DNA of 32,000 nt. Origin: Massilicoli timonensis (lineage in GTDB: Bacteria; Bacillota_I; Bacilli_A; Erysipelotrichales; Erysipelotrichaceae). The stretch spans positions 24,057 through 56,056 of the forward strand of contig NZ_LT963434.1 of assembly GCF_900199515.1 (NCBI RefSeq), written 5' to 3'. Positions 25,921 through 32,000 of the stretch are shown in pieces. The first letter of the stretch is position 1, and the number at the start of each line of letters is the position of its first letter. The notes beneath the pieces are model-generated. The model was not told the origin of the DNA, ran no database searches, and saw only the letters and a program-made list of their open reading frames with translations. A program made the position numbers and the translations under genes.

Positions 25921-26525
25921 GCATCGTAAGAGTATTTTATGTGCCGCAGGCATTTGCGCATACCGTTTTGGTAAGAGTGAGCGAGGAAATGATCGCTTCT
26001 ACAAAACAAAGCGGCAATGTGTGTGCTTTATATGATCGGCAAATGCATTTGATCGGGTACAATATCACGATGGATCTTCAAAGTGAGCATAACGGCTATC
26101 AGCCGATGGATGAAGCGCTGTTAAAGCGGATCAACGAGGAATTGCGGGAAAATGGCTTTCCACTATTGGTACATGATTTTACACCGCGTATCGTGGTGGG
26201 CTATATTCGTAACTGTACGCCTCATCCAGACAGCGATCATCTGCATGTGTGTGAGGTAGATGTCGGAAATGATGTCGTGCAGATCGTATGCGGCTCGATC
26301 AATGTGAAAGCAGACTGCTATGTGGTGGCAGCGCTGGATCAGGCAGTGATGCCGGATGGCAAATGGATCCGCAGCGGAGCGGTGCGCGGCGTTGCTTCGG
26401 CAGGCATGCTGTGCAGCCGTTATGAACTGGGATTTGATAAAGAAAAAGGAAAGGGATTGCTGATCCTTGATGATGCAGCAACCATTGGTTCTCCATTCTT
26501 AATGACAAAGGAGCAGAGTGTATGA
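25917..26525 (+). CDS. tRNA-binding-domain protein (YtpR-like)
   Basis: The C-terminal half reads HPDSDHLHVCEVDVGNDVVQIVCGSINV...RGVASAGMLCSRYELG, a CsaA/EMAP-type tRNA_bind OB fold. The ORF overlaps both neighbours by ATGA. Confidence 0.75.
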   Translation: MSIVRVFYVPQAFAHTVLVRVSEEMIASTKQSGNVCALYDRQMHLIGYNITMDLQSEHNGYQPMDEALLKRINEELRENGFPLLVHDFTPRIVVGYIRNCTPHPDSDHLHVCEVDVGNDVVQIVCGSINVKADCYVVAALDQAVMPDGKWIRSGAVRGVASAGMLCSRYELGFDKEKGKGLLILDDAATIGSPFLMTKEQSV

Positions 26526-27184
26526 ACGTATTGAAGAAAATCGCATCATATTTGTTTGAGGAAGAAGAAGTGGAAGATGAAGTGATCGCGGAAGATGAAC
26601 TGGAACCGGTCGTTTTTGCCCAAGAAGCAAAAAAGAGCGAGCCGCAGGAACAGGTGGAGCTTTCTATGCGTATGGAAGAAAACAAAGAAGCGGCGAAACC
26701 GGTGGAAAGCATGCCGGCTGCGCATCATCTCGGCTCGATCACGGCTGATGCACCGAAAGCGAAAAGCAGCGTTAAGCGCAAACCGTTAGAGCGTAATCCG
26801 AAGCAGGAATATGAAGTGGCGCCGGTCATTTCACCGATGTACGGCACTGGCAAGGTACAGGACGGCATTTCTCAAAGCAAAGGAAAATCGCCGAAGAAAC
26901 AGAATCCGTTAGGAACGATCATTTCACCGATGTATGGCGCAAAGGAATTGGAAGCGATGAGCGATGCGGCGCAAAGCGAGCTTGCCGTTAAGGAAAAAGA
27001 AGCAGAGCGTGCGGAAATCGTAGAGGAAACACTGGTCGATATACCATTGGATCAGATGCTGGTAAAAGATGTGCCGGTGGAAAGCGATGATGTTTTACAG
27101 TTTTCGCTGTTTGGCGAAGATGAGATCGTCAAGCATGCGTTCAGCGCATATGATCCTGATGATGAGGAAAGAAAGAAGGCATAA
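26522..27184 (+). CDS. Acidic, probably disordered protein with an N-terminal amphipathic helix and a duplicated ISPMYG motif; function unknown
   Basis: The 220-aa ORF is tightly packed in the operon. It begins MNVLKKIASYLFEEEEVEDE. Two copies of (V/I)ISPMYG lie 31 aa apart, encoded by an exact 14-nt repeat at 26828 and 26921. The composition is E/K/A/P-rich. Confidence 0.6.
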   Translation: MNVLKKIASYLFEEEEVEDEVIAEDELEPVVFAQEAKKSEPQEQVELSMRMEENKEAAKPVESMPAAHHLGSITADAPKAKSSVKRKPLERNPKQEYEVAPVISPMYGTGKVQDGISQSKGKSPKKQNPLGTIISPMYGAKELEAMSDAAQSELAVKEKEAERAEIVEETLVDIPLDQMLVKDVPVESDDVLQFSLFGEDEIVKHAFSAYDPDDEERKKA

Positions 27185-27187
27185 GGC

Positions 27188-28489
27188 ATGTATCACTTTA
27201 TCGGAATCAAAGGCAGCGGCATGGCGTCGCTTGCGGAAATCGTCGCCGATCGCGGTGAAACGGTCAGCGGTTCGGATATTGAAAAATATATCTTTACGCA
27301 GAAGCCTCTTGAAGAAAGAGGGATCAGGATTACCGGATTTGATGAAACTAACATTCAGCCGGGCATGACCGTGATCATCGGCAATGCGTTTGGCGATGAC
27401 AATGTGGAAGTGAAAAAGGCAAAAGCGCTGCCGTCGGTTACCTGTTATTATTATCATGAGTTTCTGGGCAAGCTGTTAGAAGAATATGTATCGATCTCGG
27501 TTGCCGGCACGCATGGCAAAACGACGACGACCGGCTTGCTTTCGCATGTGTTGGAAAACGTGCGTCCTACCGGTTATCTGATCGGGGACGGCAGTGGAAA
27601 AATGCCGCGGGACAGTCATTATTTCGTACTGGAATCATGCGAATACCAGCGTCATTTCATGGCGTATCATCCGGATTATGCGATGATCACCAATATTGAG
27701 CTCGATCACGTTGATTATTATCCGGACTTGACTTCTTATCGTCAGGCATTTGAGGATTTTGCCAATCAGGTAAAAAAAGGCGTCGTTTTATTCGGCGATG
27801 ATGAAAACGTCATGCAGCTAAAGGTAAAAACCGCGCATCTGTACTACGGCTTAAACGAGCATAACGATGTGCGGGCGCAAAATGTGGAGGAAAGAGAAGA
27901 CGGCACTTCCTATGATGTTTATTACAAAGGCGCTTTGTTCGGTCATTTTGATTTTCCTTTTGTCGGGAAACCGCTGCTTTGGAATACGCTTGGCGTCATT
28001 GCCATCGGCATCATGGAGGGACTGAGCGCAAAGCTGCTTCAGGATGCGATCGCCGGTTTTGGCGGGGTAAAGCGCCGCTTTATCATCGAGGAAAAAAACG
28101 GCAATGTTTATATTGATGACTATGCGCATCATCCGACGGCGATCAAATACATGATCGAAGCGGCACGTACCAAATATCCGGACCGCAAGATCATTGCGAT
28201 CTTTAAGCCGGACCGTTATTCACGCATTTATTATTTTATGGATCGCTTTGCGGAAGAATTAAAGCAGGCAGATGAAGTGTTTTTATGCCATTTTCCACAA
28301 AATGCGGCACATGAGGAAGGCATTTCCATTACGATCGCGGATCTGGCGGAAAAGATCGAAGGCAGTCATATCACCCTTGAGGATGAGGCGGCTGCAAAGG
28401 AACTGGCGGCGCATGGACCGGCAGTATATCTGTTTATGAGCAGCAAGGATATTTATAAGTTTAAGAATAAAGTGAAAGAGTTTCATTAA
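27188..28489 (+). CDS. murC: UDP-N-acetylmuramate--L-alanine ligase
   Basis: MYHFIGIKGSGMASLAEI, GSD and the ATP loop AGTHGKTTTT, with Mur-ligase middle and C-terminal domains. The length is 433 aa. Confidence 0.93.
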   Translation: MYHFIGIKGSGMASLAEIVADRGETVSGSDIEKYIFTQKPLEERGIRITGFDETNIQPGMTVIIGNAFGDDNVEVKKAKALPSVTCYYYHEFLGKLLEEYVSISVAGTHGKTTTTGLLSHVLENVRPTGYLIGDGSGKMPRDSHYFVLESCEYQRHFMAYHPDYAMITNIELDHVDYYPDLTSYRQAFEDFANQVKKGVVLFGDDENVMQLKVKTAHLYYGLNEHNDVRAQNVEEREDGTSYDVYYKGALFGHFDFPFVGKPLLWNTLGVIAIGIMEGLSAKLLQDAIAGFGGVKRRFIIEEKNGNVYIDDYAHHPTAIKYMIEAARTKYPDRKIIAIFKPDRYSRIYYFMDRFAEELKQADEVFLCHFPQNAAHEEGISITIADLAEKIEGSHITLEDEAAAKELAAHGPAVYLFMSSKDIYKFKNKVKEFH

Positions 28490-28503
28490 ATTTTCAAATA
28501 CTG

Positions 28504-28532
28504 TTGTAATCGTTTTCAAAAAAGTGTAGAAT
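28504..28532 (+). promoter_or_regulatory. Candidate promoter of the ytxG/ytxH-like pair
   Basis: TTGTAA (28504-28509), a 17-nt spacer, then TAGAAT (28527-28532), preceded by TG. Confidence 0.5.
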
Positions 28533-28551
28533 AATCAAGAGAGGTGTTTGT

Positions 28552-28932
28552 ATGGGCTTAGATTTACTGGTAGAGGCCGCAAGCAATGTTTGCAGCGTAT
28601 TGTTGCCGATCGTTGCGGTGGTCGCTTTGATCTTTTTGATCGTTTTGCTTTATCATGCGATTAAGGCGGTCAAGAAAAGCACGCTGATGATGGATGATCT
28701 GTCAAAGACGCTGCGCAGTGCCGATCGTCAGATCAATGCGCTGGATGGACCGCTGCACACCTTAAATGAATTAAGTGAAACAGTGGATCAGATCCATGAT
28801 GTGAGCCGCAATCTGGTGCGTTCGGCATTAGTGGCGGTACTGGAGAATTTATCACTGATCCGTGACTGGATCAAGGCTAAGGTAAATCCCGATCACAAAA
28901 TGTCTCAGCAGGATGAAGATGTTTCAGAATAA
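28552..28932 (+). CDS. DUF948-type membrane-anchored protein (YtxG-like general stress protein)
   Basis: An N-terminal TM helix is followed by a coiled-coil-like region. The size and position immediately after murC match B. subtilis ytxG. Confidence 0.65.
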   Translation: MGLDLLVEAASNVCSVLLPIVAVVALIFLIVLLYHAIKAVKKSTLMMDDLSKTLRSADRQINALDGPLHTLNELSETVDQIHDVSRNLVRSALVAVLENLSLIRDWIKAKVNPDHKMSQQDEDVSE

Positions 28933-28950
28933 AAGAAAAGAGGCCGTTTT

Positions 28951-29346
28951 ATGAAACAGATCAATAAGGAAAAATGGAGCGAAGTATTTTCACAGAGCAA
29001 AGAGAAGCTGGCCAAGACTACGAAAAACGTCGTAGATCGTTTGGAAGACGGTGTAGAAGACCTGATGGAGCATGAAAAAGTACAGACGGTCATCCGCAAG
29101 AGCGAAGACGGCGTAGCAAAGGTATGGAACAGTGAGCCGGTACAGGAGACACTGGAAAAAACGAAAGCAGGCGTACAGCGGATCAAATCAGATGAAAAGG
29201 TGCAAAGCGGCATCAAGAAATTGAAAAGAGGTACGCTGAAAGCGGCGGATTATGCTTACGAGGGCTTAAATCGACTGTTAAAGGAAGAAGATGACGAGGT
29301 GGAAATCAAGGTCATCGAACATTCGGTAGATGAAGATAATGAGTAA
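28951..29346 (+). CDS. YtxH-like protein
   Basis: A 131-aa K/E-rich helical protein with repeated E(K/D)GV..(L/V) segments. It follows the ytxG-like gene. The assignment rests mainly on synteny. Confidence 0.5.
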   Translation: MKQINKEKWSEVFSQSKEKLAKTTKNVVDRLEDGVEDLMEHEKVQTVIRKSEDGVAKVWNSEPVQETLEKTKAGVQRIKSDEKVQSGIKKLKRGTLKAADYAYEGLNRLLKEEDDEVEIKVIEHSVDEDNE

Positions 29347-29387
29347 AAGTCTACGGAAATGAGCACGTAGCGGGAAGAAGGAGAGGT

Positions 29388-30386
29388 ATGAAGCGAATTA
29401 CGATTTATGATGTTGCGAAGGAAGCGGATGTTTCTTTAGCGACGGTTTCCCGTGTGATCAACGGCAGTGATGTCGTAAGGGAAGACACGCGGGTCAAAGT
29501 GCAGGAAGCGATTGAAAAGCTGGGCTATAAGCCGAATGCGATCGCGCAGGGATTGGCGTTGCAGAAAACGACGACCATCGCTTTGATCGTGCCGGAAGCT
29601 AGTTTCTTTTACACCGGACAGATCATCAACGGTTTGATCGATGTGGCTAAGATCTATAAATACAATATTGTTTTACATACCGCCACCGAAGGGATCACCG
29701 AGATGAATGAGATCATTGAAACGATCATCAAGTCAAGAGTGGATGGCGTCGTGATCTTCAATGATAAATTATGCAAGGATGAATTGAATACCTTAACGCG
29801 TTATCAGGTGCCGATCGTTGTGATCGGTAATAAGATGCACGATGATATGATCGGTTCGGTCTATGTGGATTATGCAAGCTTGGTGTATGATCTGGTAAAC
29901 AGCTATATGGATCGCGGCGTGCATGATATCGCATTGGTGGAGGACCGCAAAAATCCGCAGGTGATCGCGCAGATGTTAAGCGGTTTGACAAAGGCTTTTG
30001 AAAAACGGGGGATGAAGTATGACAACTTCATTGAGATTCCGAAGGAATATCGCTCCTCTTACTTGTATCTGAAAGAGTATTTTGCCAAAAAGCGTCATCA
30101 GCTGGTGCTGACGTATCGTGATTCACAAGCGCTGGCGGTGCTGAATTCAGCCAAAGAGCAGGCGCAGCCGATTGCGATTCCACAGGAGATGGAAGTCGTT
30201 TGTATCCTTGACAGCAAATACAATGCGATGGCGCGTCCGCAGATTTCCGGTTATAAGATCCCGGATTATGACATGGGTGCGATGGCAATGCGTATGATTA
30301 CCAAGATGCTGGCGGAGAACAGTGAGCCGTTTGAAAAAGAATTGGAGATGTTCAGCATCTATACACCGCGTCAGTCCACCAAATAA
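29388..30386 (+). CDS. ccpA: LacI-family regulator, probable catabolite control protein A
   Basis: ITIYDVAKEADVSLATVSRVINGSDVVREDTRVKVQEAIEKLGYKPNAIAQGLALQKTTTIALIVPE and IYKYNIVL align closely to the B. subtilis CcpA N-terminus. The synteny with ytxGH and murC supports the call. Confidence 0.75.
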   Translation: MKRITIYDVAKEADVSLATVSRVINGSDVVREDTRVKVQEAIEKLGYKPNAIAQGLALQKTTTIALIVPEASFFYTGQIINGLIDVAKIYKYNIVLHTATEGITEMNEIIETIIKSRVDGVVIFNDKLCKDELNTLTRYQVPIVVIGNKMHDDMIGSVYVDYASLVYDLVNSYMDRGVHDIALVEDRKNPQVIAQMLSGLTKAFEKRGMKYDNFIEIPKEYRSSYLYLKEYFAKKRHQLVLTYRDSQALAVLNSAKEQAQPIAIPQEMEVVCILDSKYNAMARPQISGYKIPDYDMGAMAMRMITKMLAENSEPFEKELEMFSIYTPRQSTK

Positions 30387-30389
30387 GGA

Positions 30390-30417
30390 TTGACAAATAA
30401 AAGAAACAGGTTATACT
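30390..30417 (+). promoter_or_regulatory. Sigma-A promoter of the tyrS T-box leader
   Basis: TTGACA (30390-30395), a 16-nt spacer, then TATACT (30412-30417). Confidence 0.65.
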
Positions 30418-30637
30418 GTTAGCGTACATGCAATGAAGAGAAAGAGTACCAAAATGAAATGTATAGAGAGATGATGGCCGGTGAAAATCATTCAGGAAGT
30501 TTTGGGAATACACCTCGGAGCAGCTTTATGCAAAGTAAAGCCGTAGGTCTTACGTTACAGACAAGAGCGCATATGAGCAATCATATGAAATAAGGTGGTA
30601 CCGCGTTACAGACGTCCTTAGAAAGGGACGTTTTTTT
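30418..30637 (+). promoter_or_regulatory. T-box riboswitch leader, tyrosine-specific
   Basis: The stem I elements are present: AATGAAGAGAAAGAGTA (GA/K-turn), AGAGA and GGTGAAA distal motifs. The specifier loop GAA-UAC-A has the Tyr codon at 30509-30511. The T-box sequence GGTGGTACCGCG lies at 30594-30605. A terminator hairpin plus U-run completes the leader. Confidence 0.9.
30612..30637 (+). terminator. T-box leader terminator
   Basis: The stem acgtcc(tt) / (aa)gggacgt is followed by a 7-nt T-run (30631-30637). Confidence 0.85.
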
Positions 30638-30661
30638 ATGGAAAAGGAAGGAAGAAAAGAA

Positions 30662-31894
30662 ATGAAATTGTATGATGAATTAAAGTGGCGAGGACTGATC
30701 AATGATGTCACCAGCCCCGAACTGGAAGAAAAGCTGAATCAGGGGGGGCTGACCTTCTATATCGGCACCGATCCGACTGCCGATAGTTTACATATCGGTC
30801 ATTTTTCCTCTTTGCTTTGTGCGAAGCGCTTAAAGGAGCATGGACATCATCCGATCATGCTGGTCGGCGGAGCAACCGGCTTTATCGGTGATCCGAAGGC
30901 AAGCGGAGAGCGCAATATGCTGAGCAAAGAAGTTCTGCGGCACAACTATGAAAAATTAAGCGAGCAGATCGAGCGTTTATTCGGTTTTACGATGGTAAAC
31001 AATTTAGATTGGACCAAAGACATTACTGTGATCGACTATCTGCGGGATTATGGAAAGTTTTTCAACGTCGGCTATATGCTGAGCAAGGATACGGTAAAAA
31101 GGCGTTTGGAAAGCGGGATTTCCTATACTGAGTTTTCTTATATGATCTTGCAGTCACTGGATTTTTTACATCTGTATGAACATTACAACTGCACATTGCA
31201 GTTAGGCGGACAGGATCAGTGGGGAAACATTACCTCCGGCTTGGAGCTGATTCGCAAGAAGCATGGTGCGGATGTCGCCTGCTATGGTTTGACGATGCCG
31301 CTGATCACCAAAGCGGACGGTACGAAATTCGGCAAGAGCGAAGCGGGAACGGTATGGCTGGATCAGGAAAAGACTTCTGCTTATGAAATGTATCAGTTTC
31401 TGGTAAACAGCGAAGATGAAAAAGTGATCGACTATCTGAAAAAACTGACCTTCTTGTCAAAAGCGGAGATCGAAGCGCTGGAAAAAGCGGTTCAAACGCA
31501 GCCGCATATGCGGGAAGCGCAAAAAGCTCTGGCAAAAGAAGTGGTTACGTTTCTGCATGGGGAAGCAGCTTATGAAACGGCGCTGCGCATTACCAATGCC
31601 TTATTTGGCGGTGATGTAAAAGCTTTGAACTTAACAGAGCGTCGAGATGCGCTGAAAAGCTTTGCGGCGGTAGATGTCGATGATGCGATCAAATGCATTG
31701 ACTTTTTGGTAAACGGCAAGGTGGCCGCTTCGCGTCGTGAAGCAAGAGAATGGCTGAAACAGGGATCGATCCAGATCAATGGGGTAAAGGTACAGGATGA
31801 GAATCAGATCATATCCAAAGCAGATGCTTTAGTGGATGATCTGCATCTGGTAAAGCGGGGGAAACGCAATTATTCCGTTATCCGCCAGCATTAG
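30662..31894 (+). CDS. tyrS: Tyrosine--tRNA ligase
   Basis: The HIGH motif (LHIGHF), the KMSKS variant KFGKSE, GGQDQWGNI and a C-terminal S4 domain are all present. The start is set at the ATG at 30662 after AAGGAAGG, because the track start at 30638 lies inside the leader terminator U-run. Confidence 0.93.
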   Translation: MKLYDELKWRGLINDVTSPELEEKLNQGGLTFYIGTDPTADSLHIGHFSSLLCAKRLKEHGHHPIMLVGGATGFIGDPKASGERNMLSKEVLRHNYEKLSEQIERLFGFTMVNNLDWTKDITVIDYLRDYGKFFNVGYMLSKDTVKRRLESGISYTEFSYMILQSLDFLHLYEHYNCTLQLGGQDQWGNITSGLELIRKKHGADVACYGLTMPLITKADGTKFGKSEAGTVWLDQEKTSAYEMYQFLVNSEDEKVIDYLKKLTFLSKAEIEALEKAVQTQPHMREAQKALAKEVVTFLHGEAAYETALRITNALFGGDVKALNLTERRDALKSFAAVDVDDAIKCIDFLVNGKVAASRREAREWLKQGSIQINGVKVQDENQIISKADALVDDLHLVKRGKRNYSVIRQH

Positions 31895-31913
31895 GAGCAA
31901 ATGCTCCTTTTTA
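31893..31913 (+). terminator. Rho-independent terminator of tyrS
   Basis: The stem aggagc / gctcct with loop aaat is followed by ttttt. It overlaps the stop codon. Confidence 0.7.
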
Positions 31914-32000
31914 TTATACGCATCTTCTTTTATTTCTAGGCACATTGCCCGCCTTTCTACATACGATAGCAATGTGAGGAGGCATAGACATGAAAGTAGT

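Noticed and set aside
26299-26712. 137-aa minus-strand ORF with a serine-rich stretch
   Set aside because: It is antisense to the ytpR-like gene and the acidic-protein gene. The SSSSS run is the mirror of the GAA/GAG-rich coding strand.
30638-30661. Upstream ATG (MEKEGRKE...) as the tyrS start
   Set aside because: The ATG sits at the end of the T-box terminator U-run and has no RBS. The ATG at 30662 follows AAGGAAGG and gives a typical TyrS N-terminus.
31990-32000. Possible start of another plus-strand gene (ATG after GAGGAGG) at the window edge
   Set aside because: Only 11 nt are visible, which is too short to call.

Overview
This window looks like a chromosomal segment from an endospore-forming Bacillota genome. 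I cannot name the taxon without a database search. Most of it is housekeeping, with gene order resembling two Bacillus subtilis neighbourhoods. The first is holA-rpsT-gpr-spoIIP-lepA-hemW. The second is pepV-trmB-ytpP-ytpR-murC-ytxG-ytxH-ccpA-tyrS. An rpsO-pnp block sits between them. Accessory or decayed material interrupts this backbone at seven places:
(1) An apparently intact IS1634-family insertion sequence lies at the left edge.
(2) An Fe-S L-serine dehydratase carries an in-frame C-terminal flavodoxin-like domain and is translationally coupled to holA.
(3) A 1183-aa beta-helix surface protein gene sits between gpr and spoIIP. It is preceded by a perfect (ACAG)x9 microsatellite and a terminator-like leader hairpin.
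(4) A gene-decay scar joins a DUF285/BspA-type fragment to an IS1182-like transposase fragment.
(5) A Fic-like protein with a degenerate catalytic motif lies between lepA and hemW.
(6) An AbrB-type/PIN toxin-antitoxin cassette is bracketed by 54-bp direct repeats.
(7) An acidic repeat-motif protein occupies the slot where B. subtilis has sftA.
A Tyr-specific T-box leader precedes tyrS. Sporulation-type promoter matches precede spoIIP (sigma-E-like) and gpr (sigma-G-like). I saw no rRNA, tRNA or CRISPR array. I also could not support any multi-gene novel system such as a defence island. The most unusual items are the microsatellite-plus-leader-plus-adhesin locus, the dehydratase-flavodoxin fusion and the repeat-flanked TA cassette. 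All family assignments rest on motif recognition by eye and on synteny recalled from B. subtilis, not on searches.
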